A stretch of DNA of 64,000 bases, taken from Schmidtea polychroa (taxonomy: Eukaryota). Where the stretch lies: the NCBI GenBank assembly GCA_044892525.1, contig CM097885.1, positions 62,248,001 to 62,312,000 on the forward strand. The letters are read 5' to 3'. The number at the start of each line of letters is the position of its first letter. Within the stretch, counting starts at the first letter, position 1. Of this stretch, positions 35,721-49,086 are shown one piece after another. Both the position numbers and the translations under genes were made by a program. The notes beneath the pieces were generated by a model, which saw only the letters and a program-made list of their open reading frames with translations, was not told the origin of the DNA and did no database searches.

Positions 35721-36383
35721 GTTTTTTGTATCGCGTCTGTGCGCGCGGTATGGTTAGACCGATTCTCTTGTTAACTTATTATATTTAAAAATATAAATTG
35801 TAAATTTTCCTAAATGACCCTACTCAGATCATAATGTTCTTAATGATTACCCAAAAGTACTAATTTAATTCGTTTTTAGATATATCCAACTTATATTACT
35901 CTTAAAAATATAACTTATATATATTTTTTGCTAACCCCTCTCAAATCAGAAAGTCAATATAATTATTAGTAATGAAAAATGTACACAATCAATATGCAAT
36001 ATTACAGGATAGAATTCAGATCTACAGGACCCTTATTCTACACTAGAGAAAAATAAACAACTATATAATTAATATATAAGAATCAGATAAAATTCAAGTC
36101 TTTTGCAGACCCTTACTCTTAACTAAAGTCACTTTAACCACTAACTATTTCTTGAGTATATCGAATTATATCCCGTATATATAGAGTTTAAAAAATATAA
36201 TTTTTTAATTTTTCATGAATGACTCCCCCTCCATAAGTGGTAATCTTACAAAAATATAAATTTACATTTATTATTATTATTATCATTAATAATATTATTA
36301 TATTTATTATTATTATCATTGGTATTATTACCTTTGCACTCTCACTCTTATTATTATTATTACCATTAGCATTATTATTATAT

Positions 36384-38097
36384 TGTTGGGTTATTGAGTT
36401 GGTGACAATGTTTGTAAATTCAAGCCTTTAATCGTGTCCTTTAAATCAAAACAATAACGACCCAACGTATATTAAAATAACAATATTCACAATAATTTCT
36501 CACAACTTTACAAATAATAATCAAAGTTACGTTTGACCGATTCTTCGCTCGGCGTTGATGCTTTGTAAATAGATAATATTCACCTTTTATTTCTTTAGAT
36601 TCTTTTGACCCATGTTTTCCTTTTTTCCGTTTGATTTGATTCTTTTTAACCTTTTCGTATTCCTATTCTATATCTTCTTTTCCCTAATCTCCTTAACTAG
36701 TTAATTGCAAGGCGCCTAAGGCGCCCGTTGACAAATAATTTACTCAATCAGAATCATACGGAATCAAACATTCTAATCCTAATCTAAATCACTTACAAAA
36801 ATATCATAATGTTCCCCTTAAATTTCATGCACACAGATTTAGTCAAACACACACAGATTTACTCATGTTATTGCGCAAATTACCTTACCAATACTTACTA
36901 TCGAATTAATTTTTATTTTGCAAAATAAACTTATAAAGCGCTCTTTCAAAACTCATTATTCGTGTAAAAATTCTATGATAGTATTAGTGAGAGAGAATTT
37001 TTTTATGATATTGTTAGGATCAACCAATCAGCGAGCGTTATGGAATCAGTCAGTGAATCAGTCAGTGAATCAGTGATGAACGTAATTATATAATAGAATG
37101 ACAGAAATTCGAACCCTGATAGCGCAGTGGGAATAGACTCAATCAGTAGTAAGAATAGGCAGCTATGTTTTTTTATAAATATTTTTTTATAAATATTATT
37201 TTCATAATGTTCTACTACTTTTAGTTTTTAAGTAGAATAGAGAGAATTTTTTTATGATATTGTTAGGATCAACCAATCAGCGAGCGTTATAGAATCAGTC
37301 AGTGAATCAGTCAGTGAATCAGTGATGAGCGTAATTATATAATAGATTCGTTTTCGCCTTTTCCTAACTCGGTTTCTTCTAACCCTAGCTGAGGCAAAAT
37401 GCCGATTTGCTCTGATTTTCCCCTTTCTTATATACTCTTCGAAATCGGGATGACAAATGGTTATTGCTGAGCCAATCTTTCACGACATTTGCTTTTACGT
37501 ATCTGCTTCAGCTGTCACCCATAATGGTCCAACGAACCAAGATAATTAATATCCCTACCGACCTTTCTACGCGCACTATCTTCTCCTTGCTCTTTTCCAA
37601 TTAATCATTGTGTCAAGCTAATGGGCCCAAATCTTCCTTCTGTTTACTTTCCTTCTTGTTTACCCAGCTCGGGTTTCCTTCATCTTTCGGGTTCTCCATT
37701 GGCTCGGGTTTCCCATTAGCTCGGGTTTTCTAGTAGCCAATTAATTAATTAATTAACGTTTTCTGTTTTTACACATTAGCATGCTTTTCGACCCTTCCTA
37801 ACCATTTTCTGATAAATCCCTAACCATCATCTTGTTGACCATTAGCTACTCTATACCTGTCCCGTTTTCCCATTCGATTTCGATGATTTTACCATTTATT
37901 GATTTTTCTCGGATTTCCGGATTCTTGCCTTTCGTAATTGCTTTTGGCATTTTCTAATACTGCTTCCATCACACTTTCCTTTACTATCGATTCTGTGCAT
38001 GATCCCGCTTTTATTTGTCTTTTTTCTTCACTTACTTTTTATTTAAATTATTAACCTAAATTTCATTTAAATTTATTTTAATTCACGGACCTCAACA
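36384..38097 (-). mobile_element. second solo LTR of the 30268 family, inverted, with a Helitron insertion
   Basis: Colinear reverse-complement match to 30268-31187, with TGTTG/CAACA ends and flanks ATAT/ATTA. It holds ~150 bp (about 37730-37875) that is absent from the first copy. Confidence 0.88.
36697..37346 (-). mobile_element. non-autonomous Helitron (650 bp)
   Basis: 5' TCTATTATAT, 3' CTAG preceded by a GGCGCC-TTA-GGCGCC hairpin about 10 nt upstream. It is inserted between A and T (GAA|TTAAGG) with no TSD, and the empty site is visible in the 30268 LTR. Confidence 0.9.
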
Positions 38098-38099
38098 AT

Positions 38100-38957
38100 T
38101 ATATTTTTAAAATTTTAATAATAAATTTTTCGCTGAAAGATAAGAATCAACTAGCAAATTACCTTTGACATCGATGAAAACTACCGAAAAATTACAGATT
38201 ATTTTGAAGACTTTTACATTGGTCGCCTGAGAAGTGGAAATAGAAGAAATGCACCAAACTTTCTAATCGAAAAGTGGAGTATGTATGACAGAACATTGTC
38301 GCAACTTCCACGAACCAACAATTCTTTAGAGGGTTGTCACAATGGTTTCAGAGTCATGATGGGCCAATCGAATCCAACAATGTGGAAATTTTTGACTAAA
38401 CTGCAAGTTTTGGAACAAGCTGAGCGATTAAAACTTCATGAAATACATGTTGGAAAATCCAAGAAAAAGCAAAGAAATCAGTATATATGGACCAATGAAA
38501 ACGTCAGTCCTTTGTGTCAAAACTATTCTCAATGGGATGACAAACTTGCCTATGTTTAGGAAGTTTCTGGATTTATGCATTTGTCAGAATAAGTTATTTG
38601 ATGAACAGTTTTTTGTTTTTCATTTCATTAATTTGTGTTTAAAAATGTCAAAGGATAAAATAAATAATTTTAATAAAAACAAATTCTGTTGGGTATTTTA
38701 ATCATCTTTTTCTTCAAAAATTGATTAGATAAATTTTACCATTGAGCTATACACAACAAAGGACTTGAGTTTTCTAGCGTATTTAACTGTTTTCAAATCT
38801 TACGGTACTAAAAAGGACAAAAAGTAACTTTTAGACAAGTTAATTTTAATATGATGACCTACAAATATTTTTTTTATAAATGTCAGCGTTGGCCAATTTT
38901 TTAATGTTGGCAGATTGTCTGTTGGCGGATTTTCATTTGGCGGATTGTCGGAATACG
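38100..38957 (+). mobile_element. Mutator-like (MULE) transposase 3' remnant with terminal repeat
   Basis: YFEDFYIG...WSMYDRTLSQLPRTNNSLEGCHNGF...PTMWKFL..L..EQ. The terminal region has TTGGCGGATT-type short repeats ending near 38957. Confidence 0.8.
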
Positions 38958-39820
38958 ATTTATATTGACAACTTCATCATGTTCATATTTTCCAATCCAT
39001 ACCGATTTCAAAATAGGAACACTAGAATCACCAACACTTATGGGCTCGATAATATTAGTATATATCAACATTTGTTAATGATGTTCTACTATTCTTGGTT
39101 TACGTAAATTAGACGATCTTTCCAGATATTTTTGCTTCCCTAATCCAAGTGTATTTGTCAAATTTTTATCAAATGTAACTTCGGAAATATCATCATTCAA
39201 ACTGAAGGTAAACAAAAAATCTTTCATAATGTCCAGACTTTTAAATATGTCTGAACAATTGTATTTTAAATATTTAAGTAACACATCAAGTTTTTCAATA
39301 TATAATTCGTCAGCAAAGGTGGATAATTCTTCAACGTCATTATTATAAGACACTGATATTTTGATTTCTTCTTTCATTAAACTGTTTGCTTTAAATAGAT
39401 CAAAACGTAATAAATATTCTGTTTCCATAACATCATTTTTCAACTTATTGCAACCCATTCATTTGGCATCTTCAATAGTTTCGAATGTTATTGTAAATGG
39501 TTTAAAATCACAACTGATATTTAATCCATCCTTGTAAAACATGTAGCAACGCGGATCTAATATTTGATTCGGAATATTATATATTTTATCATAATTACTG
39601 ATAAAAAAAATACCGCTAAATGTTTTCAGAACATTCCTTTTAAAATCAATCTTACATTGACTATAAAATGGGAATGTGCTGTACATGAATGTAAAATCTT
39701 GCAGTGCAACTACGCAGTCACCATTTAAAGAAATCGGATTCTGGAGATTGACCATGAATTTGCTGGCTTGATTATCTGGATGAGTTACTGGGCAACTATT
39801 GCTTGGTAAAATAGTATAAA
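38958..39820 (-). pseudogene. minor capsid-like gene of a second Polinton, truncated by the MULE
   Basis: FYTILPSNSCPVTHPDNQASKFMVNLQNPISLNGDCVVAL...LGL...IIEPISVGDSSVPILKSV. Confidence 0.7.
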
Positions 39821-39824
39821 AAAT

Positions 39825-40140
39825 TCAATTTACTAGGTCCTTTTCTGAAATCCATGACGAGCTTTGATATTCATACCACTTGACATAATATTGTTTATCC
39901 TTGCATACCTTTTTAGTTTTCAACATTTTTTGAATTCTAAATACTTGTAATTCTTGCTCGTAAAATTTTCCTTGTATAATATTATTATTATTATTGTCTT
40001 TGATGACATACATTACAGGACACTGGGTAGTATTTATTTTCGAAATTACAAAGACTTCATCACTCCAATTTGTATCAAAATCTTTAATAAATGGTGATGC
40101 ACTAATTTTACTTATTCTAACCTCGTCACCGACTTTATAT
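39825..40140 (-). pseudogene. Polinton integrase C-terminus with chromodomain-like tail
   Basis: KVGDEVRISK...NWSDEVFVISK...MYVIKD...IQGKFYEQELQ...YYVKWYEY...SWISEKDL. Confidence 0.8.
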
Positions 40141-42197
40141 TAATCAATTCATTAACTTGTTAGATATTTAGCTTTTTATTTGTTTTGAATAAAAGAACAA
40201 AATGTCTATGTTCATGATGATTCTATTTACGAAGTGAAATGTATAATTATAATAGGTGGATGTGGAACAGATTGCCATTTTAAACTTATTTGTCATTTGA
40301 TTTGCTTCAAACACTGTTTTCTAGCGCTGGAGTTCCTATTCTTCATTATCACAGAGACTTGTTACACAATTAAAGGAATTGTCGAAATATTTTGATTGGA
40401 TTTTATCATCAAGATGAACAAATGTTTACTAATTGTCTACAAGAATTGTCTAAAAAAGACAAAAACTTATTAGAAATTTCCAAAGTCATTATTGATAAAA
40501 CCGCAACAATCCAAGAATAACGTTTTTGAAGAGAAATCATTTGCTTATTTATTATGAAAACACTTTGAAAATTACTTGAAAAAGGCAGGGCCGAAAATTC
40601 GTGAATATCAAAAAACATCGATATCTTTACTGATTTATAGTCAATTTATTTAAATAAATAAAATTAATAAAATTTGCAATGAAAATATATTCATTAACAT
40701 TCAAAATTCTCTTTTTCAAGATGCCTTTGAAGGAGTTGAATATAAAAATGGAGAATATATAGCACTCAAATTTATCTGGGATTTTAATAAATCCCTAGTT
40801 TTATTGACTTTGAATATGAATTTTTAATAGTAGAATGGATATTTTTAAATATAGAAAAATAATGTGTATTTTTTAAATGTTGGAGATGTGTGTATGTAAA
40901 AGTTTTAGTTAAAATGTTATGACTGAATTTGAACAAAATAATGATGCCATTTTGTAGAGAATTAAATTTTACTTCTACATTGTTTGAGTAAAAATATCTC
41001 AAGTTGTTTAATATGATGTGTGTATTCAAAAATTGTGTACTAAAAATGAAATTTTTAAATTTTCATTAAGTGAGACTCATTAAATGGAAAATTTAATTTG
41101 AAGCAAGTCTTTGAAGTTTTTATAAAAAATTAAAGTTGATTACGCAATTATAGAATTAAAAAAACAAAATATTCAAATTCATGTAATCATTGATTAACAT
41201 ACAAAATTATAAATTTTACGAAATCATCAATTAAAACAAAAATAAATATTATTTAATCTCTTATTTAAAAAAATTTATGTGGGATCTCTAAAAAGATTAT
41301 TAATGGGGAGTTTTCCGAAAGAAATTTTTGGTGGTCCTCAAAAATAAGTATCCACCCCTATTCTCTTAAAAATAAATTTGTGAGTCGAGGATTCCTATAT
41401 GATATGGAGTGCATATTATTATTATTATCTACTCTATCAAAATATAAAAATCGTGTATCCAATAACTCAAATCCAGAAATAACATTTTTTATTCATATAA
41501 CAATTATTCATAACATTTATTCACATATATATACACAAATAATATATTGTGAAACTGTAATATTTTTTATCGGGTATCATTGTTATTTTTCTATTAAATA
41601 AAATTTTAGAATCAGTGTCGACATATTTATTTTTATAAGAGACACTTGTGTTCTAATCCTTTCAACAATATTTATTAGGTATATGAGTGATCATGTGTAT
41701 AAGCATGTATATATTAATCTATAGAGCAATATGACTACATTAAAACAATATATCACACTGTGTTGGATAAACATACATACTTACTCACATACCTAGAGAA
41801 TTATATAGTTGAATTACTATTATTATAACAATGATCTGAAACTTCTCATAACGCTGATAAAAAATTATATAAAAAGAAAAGAAAATTTTTATCAACATAC
41901 AAAAATTTATTTAATTTTTAAATCAATCCAAAAAATTTTTTGTACCATTTACTTTAAATTATAAATTTAGAGTAATAAATTTAATTCCTTGCTAATTTAT
42001 AAAGTTAAATGCTTCTCTTAAATTATGATATAAACCTTATGTTATAAATAATGAATAAGTTAAAAGTTGATTAATAATGATGATTAAAAATTCATTTGTT
42101 TAATTGATTCAGTTATTTAGCTTTATAAATTTAAATAAAAATCTAGACGATATTTTAAAATTTATCTTTTAGTAGAAAACTATTTTAATTATTAAAC

Positions 42198-42842
42198 ATG
42201 TGTGAAAGAAATTTGTTTGACTCTTTTAATAAACGTGAAAATTGTTTTCCTATCAAACCTGAATCAAATTATTCTGTTATAGACCTTACTGAAAATTACA
42301 GTCCTTTATATAGTGATAGTGAATTTAATATTCTATTAAAAGAAGAATTGCAGTCAATTGATATATTCTCAGATTATGAATATGAGGGTCTTAAACAGTT
42401 TAGAGATGAGAATAGTTTAGATTCAGAATCTGAGGCTAATTTTGAAAGTGTTTTTTCAGAAAACGAAATAATTGATGAAAATAAAATCAAAGATGAAATC
42501 AGTAATTATAATTCCCCAAACAAACTGTATACATTTAGAAAACTGGAAACTAAATTGCCTTGTTTACTAATCGATAAAATGGAATCCAGCAGCGAATCTG
42601 AAATAGTAGAAGTGTCAGAAAATGACCCTAAACCTCCAATACAAATAGAAATAGATGCAGGATTGCCGGATTTGAAGAAATCTGAGATCATAACTAAACA
42701 AGATCTTGTAAGGCTGACATTTAAAAAATCCAAACCTTTTGTGAAAGATGTTTCTTTCCGAGTGAACTCGAAGCGTAAGCAAACAACCGAACTAATGCCG
42801 AATAGTATAGAATCCGTTACAAAGGTGTGGTTTGTCAATTGA
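42198..42842 (+). CDS. acidic low-complexity hypothetical protein, probable first exon of a host gene
   Basis: A 214-codon open frame in very AT-rich DNA. A possible AAG|GT donor near 42832 and downstream TTTTAG...GTAAG exon signals are present. No domain recognised. Confidence 0.5.
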   Translation: MCERNLFDSFNKRENCFPIKPESNYSVIDLTENYSPLYSDSEFNILLKEELQSIDIFSDYEYEGLKQFRDENSLDSESEANFESVFSENEIIDENKIKDEISNYNSPNKLYTFRKLETKLPCLLIDKMESSSESEIVEVSENDPKPPIQIEIDAGLPDLKKSEIITKQDLVRLTFKKSKPFVKDVSFRVNSKRKQTTELMPNSIESVTKVWFVN

Positions 42843-44049
42843 TTAGGTATACGTCAATATGATGTGTATTGATTTTAGAACGTTAACGAGAATATTCAAA
42901 CGATCAGGGCGATCAATAAATCCCAAGAAAGAACATTATTCGGTAAGTTCAATGTAAATTAGTAAATTCAAACGTGACTTGATTTCCTTAATTCGGATAT
43001 AAGTTTCTCAATTTTCTTAGTACATATTTATTAGGCTAAGGAATACAGTAGAGTTTCTTTTATCAGGAATTGTAGGGTAAATAAGTGATCCAGGAAATCT
43101 CCAAGGAAAATCGAAATCTATAAATATCCATTTATTTAAAGTGACTGTGAAACGTTTCGCCTGTAATCAACTGGTGATTCTTGAAATTTCACAATTTAGC
43201 CAGTTTTATTTTCTAGTTAACCATCCTACTTAAATGAACGTATGTGATAAGGCCTCTATAATATCGCCGGAACGCAACAAGCCGTATCCCGTACGTTCAG
43301 GTACAAAAAACTATTTGATAAAATATTATTACAAAAATTATTCTGTGACATCTAATGTTGAGAGCACCTGACTTGCCAAAGATAAAATATGTCTATGAGT
43401 ATATTATGTAAAAATTTGTCAGCTATATTGTAAAAAAGTATTGTTATTGCTAAATATATAGAAAAATTCCCCTATGTTTTTACCTTTTTTTTGAATCATA
43501 ACCCAAAGGTAGGGCGGTTATTAATTTATCCACGTCGATTTATATGGATAATTGATTTAATTTTCGAGAAATTCTAGATTTATAGAACCTGGTTTAGGTC
43601 GTGTCAGGTTTTTTATTTGGAATATATTTTTATAAATAATTTCGCTATCGAGAAATCATTTGAAAATATTTATCCAAAACAGAGCGCCAGAATTGATATC
43701 GAATAACCAAAATTTAGCAAATTAGAAAAGGAAACCTAAATTTATCCAGATTTTATTAGGTTGATGCATGTGAAATGTCGGATTTTTAAAGGAAAATTTA
43801 AAATCAGAATTTTTTTTATCAAAATATAATTTTGCCAACAATTTTTTAAAATTTGGTTTATTTAAAGCTGTTGTTTTAGTTCCTTCGTTTTTGTTAGGAT
43901 TGTTTCGGTTAGTGTAAAATAAATTGACGAAATCCAAAAATAATAATTTAAGTAAAAAAGATTAAAAATTAAAATTTTATATATAAATAGCGGTCATCTT
44001 AGTGACTACATATTTACCATTGCCGTGTTTGTGATGTTTATTTGGTGAA

Positions 44050-45030
44050 ATATCAAGGCAGTCATGCGTATAATATCAGTGTTATCAAATTCCTTGTGAT
44101 GAAAGGCACTGAGAATAAAGATATCATTCAACAACTACAATCGATCTACCAGGACCTTTGCCCAACCAGTGCAACGATTTACTGCTGGATTGTAGAGTTA
44201 AGACGAAGGAAATAGAAGGATTGAAATTTCCAATAAGAAACAACAATTGTGTCAGAAAATTGTTCTTTCTGAACGTAGAACCAGCATCAGTGAACTGGCG
44301 AAATGTCTCTATCAGTACTTTCTGTACTCCTGCCATGCTAAAGGATTTCGGCATCAGGAAACTGCTCTTAGATTCATTAGTAGTGAAATGGCTTTTCATC
44401 ACCTCGATTGCTGCAAATCCAACCTGAAACTACGACAAATATGGCGATACTTTTCTTCAAAATATTGTGACCGAAAATGAGACTCTCATTCGCGTCCATG
44501 TCTGTAACGTGGTGAATGCCTACGGAATCAGCCCCATGCAAGCTCCACAGCGGGACATTTCATGGACGGGCTGACTGTTCTGAAACCTTCGCGGCATCAT
44601 TAAATTGAATTTTTGAATCGTAAACCTACGATAGACTCCCAATATTACAATGAACTCATGCATAATGTGTAGAACCGTCGGTGAAAGTCTTTAGGCCTGC
44701 CTCTCAGCTTGTTGCATGACAAAATTCCAATTCACACTTCCAACCTTTCCACGACCATAATAGAAGAGTGTAGCTTCCATCTTTTGGCGCACCCCCATAC
44801 AGCTCGGATCTTGCTTCCAGTGATGTTGTGCTATTTCGACAACTCAAACAACAGCTGAAAAGCCCCCATTTTCAATTTGCAGAAGAACTAAATGAGAAAG
44901 TGGCGAATGTCTTAACTTCTCTTCTCCAAATTTCTTCAAAAATGCATTTGTCGAACATCTTCATTGCTGGAAGCGATGCATGAAGGAAAATGCTTATATA
45001 TTGAGAAACGAATTTTTTTTGGATTATTTA
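44050..45030 (+). mobile_element. mariner/Tc1 transposase pseudogene
   Basis: N-terminal VIKFLVMKG...IIQQLQSIY...SATIYCWI and C-terminal HPPYSSDLASSD..LFRQLKQQL, with many stops. TIRs were not resolved. Confidence 0.8.
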
Positions 45031-45895
45031 ACTGTAATAAAAATTGGAACTTAATTTGGCTTTTTATTCTTGCCGAGTCTGGGGACTTACCTAACGAACT
45101 ACTCATTATTCGAGTTGGAAACTGGGTCTGACTATTTTTAATATAATTATTTTAACTGCTCGTTGGCGGAATTATTTATTAAAATTTGTGGGTTGTAAGT
45201 AAAATGTGATATTAATAATTAATGAACTGATTCCAAAGCATGCCTTTGTTGACAACAATAATGAACTTCAGATGATTTAAACTTTTATTGATCAGCACAA
45301 TTTGTTAACAAACTTACAACGACACAAAATGATTCGATATTAAAACAATGACTTTGAATGCTTATTGCAACTCTTCGGGAGGAATAACACGGCTGTAATA
45401 CATCTCGAAATTCATAACTACTGCAGTTTCTGGTTTTTACAATCGGTAGAATAGATTTAGTTGTTTTCCTGGTTTTAACTTGAAATTTCTCAATGCTTCT
45501 GATTTATAACTTTAATAATTTGTTTTTTAAATTTCTTTTTCGATCTAACAATGCTTTGTCCAATAATTTTGTAATACACACTGTCTTCACTTTTACCTTT
45601 CGTTTTAATTATGTTTTTTCGCCAATCTTTTAATTTCTAAATTGTGGCTTTTAATCCAAGTAGTGTTTCACTCTTATAGTCTTCTATCTAATGCCATTTT
45701 CAGATAATTATTTTATTTTTTATTTTCTCTAGAAAATTCCTTTGGATCATCTTCAGTTCTTCTATTATCTCTAACAGCTGTCGATATATGTAATTTTAAT
45801 AATTTTTTTTTACTTCCCGGTGATTCATTTTTCAATCTCCGAAAAGCCGTTGAGATATGAAAATTTATTTTCGATTAATTAATAACGAAATTTTC

Positions 45896-46013
45896 GGGAT
45901 CCGGACAAAAGGCCGACAGCGACAAAAAGCCGATGTGGACAAAACGCCGAATAGATAAAAAGCCGACATGGAAGAGATATACAAATACTTTGTCGGCCTT
46001 TTGTCGTAGACCC
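45896..46013. mobile_element. 118-bp MULE-type MITE
   Basis: Inverted ends GGG..GACAAAAGGCCGACA and flanking (C/T)GAAATTTTC duplications (9-10 bp). Confidence 0.7.
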
Positions 46014-46889
46014 TGAAATTTTCATATTTTTTGATTTTTTAGCCATTTCCGTTTTGTTTCTCAGTATCTTCCCCTTACCAATGCTTCTCGAAATTCTGTA
46101 ACTATATACCCTTTTTACTTTTCCACCACTCATTTTGTTTATTTAATTTTATTATTTAGTTCTATAAAAATAGAATTCAAATAAAATGAATAAATATTTC
46201 GCCCTAAAGTAGATCATGTTCACTCCAATAAGAAATTTAATTGATTTTATTAACTAAATTGTTATTTATTAGATAGTCGATAATTTTAATTAATCCATTT
46301 ACTTAATTATATTCTCACAATAAATAAATAGATTTGAATGTTAATAAATTCAAAATAATTTTAATCTTTTTGGTTTTATTATTTCTATTGGATATTTAAA
46401 TTGTATCAATTGAAGTAAATGATCATCAGTTGCTCACTGCCATGGAATCTTATCGTTTAATCTGGGATGGTGTTGACCCCTTTATCACCATGTGACACAT
46501 GTGCTCTCATAAAATTCCCAATAAACAGATATTATTTCAATTTTTTAGCATTTGCGTAACCTGGAACGTATTTTTGTTAATTTTATTAAAATTGGCGTCA
46601 TTAGTGAAAAAAGAAAATTACTGTTTAAAAACTTGATATTTAAACCCTATTGGTCCAGAAATGATTAAACAAAGATACGGTATAATTCTATTGCAATAAA
46701 ATAATTTTCGTCACAATAAGTCTTAGCTTTTGTTTAAACGCTTATTTGCTCAACGTTACATTCATTAATTCATGTAACATTTTAGAAAACAATAAAGCCA
46801 AACTGAAATGTTTTTCTTTAAAAATTACTGGCAACACGTAAATTTATTTAATAAATTAAATTATTAATAAGAACCAATAACTTTTATAG

Positions 46890-47859
46890 TATCAAAAATT
46901 ATTATTTACTGGTTGATGTTTCGCATGTGCTGGGATTAGGAATAATTGAGTTCATCCGCAGATTTTTGAATCAAATAAATTATATAGAAATTTCCGTAAC
47001 TGAATTCAACGCGCGTTGTCATAATCCCCTCAACATGCCGGATGCATATTTCAGTAATAGTGGAAAAAATCACATTATTTCGTTTGTTGAGATTAATGAA
47101 AATTTAAACAATCTGTTCGATCACTTTCCCGCAAATATTCAACCTAGTGATAGGGGTCATGATTTACATTGTGGGAACTTTGGTTTGCAAGGCTCGAATG
47201 CAATTAGTTTCAAGTCCGGTACAAAAACGACAAATTATGTGGATCCAAAATTTTGTAATGCTTCTAATAAAGTAGTCAGTAGTGAACAGTCCCGTAGAAA
47301 GCAAATATTGTTACCGAGATTAAATAACATAGAAAACACAAGTTCTTTGGCATTCTATCATAAAAATCAAACAAAAATCCTCGGATTGCTTTATGATTTG
47401 CAATTGTTGACAGAACTAACTCTCAGAAATGTCAATGATGCTGGAGCTCGAACGATTTTCGAACATTTGGAAAAACCATTTGCAATAATTGACCGTTTTA
47501 TATCTCAAAATTTTATTTCCTATCAAGTTATACTTGGTAAAATTAAAGAGGGTTTCGAAAAGTTTTATGATCAAGGAATTTCATTGATTAATCATCTACG
47601 AATTTTAAATGAGATCAAAAATGTGTCAAATATTATCGCAAACACTGATTCTCTGATGGTGAAAATGGTAAATACAATTAGAGAGATCAGTTCATGGCAA
47701 TGCTCATTTGCTATGGTGGATTCTAAGATGTGGAATGCTACTAATTCTACAATCAGCCGGGAAGCTCTCAGAATAACAATTTTCTCTTATCAACTGATTG
47801 ACTTAATTAAAGATTTTTCACGTGATGCTCATCAAATATTAATTTCCAATAGTCTCTGA
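46890..47859 (+). CDS. hypothetical host protein, long terminal exon
   Basis: The open frame of 310+ codons extends upstream to a TTTTATAG acceptor near 46889. AATAAA follows near 47986. No domain recognised. Confidence 0.6.
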
Positions 47860-47916
47860 TCCACATTATATAAACCCATAGATTTGAATTTATAATAGGC
47901 AATTTTATGTAGTTAA

Positions 47917-47967
<51 letters not shown>
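47917..47967. repeat. (ATT)17 microsatellite
   Basis: Directly visible. Confidence 0.97.
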
Positions 47968-47968
<1 letters not shown>

Positions 47969-48168
47969 TTGTACATTTTATATTGAATAAAGATTTGAAA
48001 TAATTTTTATTTTTATCTTCTAAAGTTTCAATTGAATTGGCACTTCTAAGAATTTATTGTAATTGTTATATAAATCTTAGAATATTTTGTTAAAACTACA
48101 ATTGAAGTGAAAATAAAGTCTTATTGGTACTGGAAAAGATATCTTTTACGATCAATGCTTGATCATTT

Positions 48169-48490
48169 NNNNNNNNNNNNNNNNNNNNNNNNNNNNNNNN
48201 NNNNNNNNNNNNNNNNNNNNNNNNNNNNNNNNNNNNNNNNNNNNNNNNNNNNNNNNNNNNNNNNNNNNNNNNNNNNNNNNNNNNNNNNNNNNNNNNNNNN
48301 NNNNNNNNNNNNNNNNNNNNNNNNNNNNNNNNNNNNNNNNNNNNNNNNNNNNNNNNNNNNNNNNNNNNNNNNNNNNNNNNNNNNNNNNNNNNNNNNNNNN
48401 NNNNNNNNNNNNNNNNNNNNNNNNNNNNNNNNNNNNNNNNNNNNNNNNNNNNNNNNNNNNNNNNNNNNNNNNNNNNNNNNNNNNNNNNNN
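48169..48490. other. assembly gap (N-run)
   Basis: Run of N. Confidence 0.99.
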
Positions 48491-48880
48491 NAAAAAATCA
48501 ATAAGTATATATTACATAAACATACACACTTAACTGTGTGTGTATTTTAGCGTTGCAATGAACAAAGGAATTTAATAAATTAAGTGAGAAAGTGGTAGAA
48601 AATGTACACTGACGCACACAAACAGAACACACTGTAAAAAATGCATGCAAAATATGTAGAATCGTTGTAAAGAATAAACTGACTATAATAGACCATTTAC
48701 AGAAATTTTTTGAAAAAAATTTTTGACGAAAATTCCGAAAACTTGAATTATTTCAGAAGAACAGGGAAATAATTTTTTCGATTTCGTAGAATTCAATTTT
48801 TATGCATCTTTGGAAGATATGAGAATTGTGTTTGACGATTACTTTATTTATTTATATTTAAAAATACATGTGACTTGCGA

Positions 48881-49086
48881 NNNNNNNNNNNNNNNNNNNN
48901 NNNNNNNNNNNNNNNNNNNNNNNNNNNNNNNNNNNNNNNNNNNNNNNNNNNNNNNNNNNNNNNNNNNNNNNNNNNNNNNNNNNNNNNNNNNNNNNNNNNN
49001 NNNNNNNNNNNNNNNNNNNNNNNNNNNNNNNNNNNNNNNNNNNNNNNNNNNNNNNNNNNNNNNNNNNNNNNNNNNNNNNNNNNNNN
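48881..49086. other. assembly gap (N-run)
   Basis: Run of N. Confidence 0.99.

Noticed and set aside
40200-41040. Possible degraded host gene or pseudogene
   Set aside because: Coding-like fragments are present, but stops occur in all frames and no family could be assigned.
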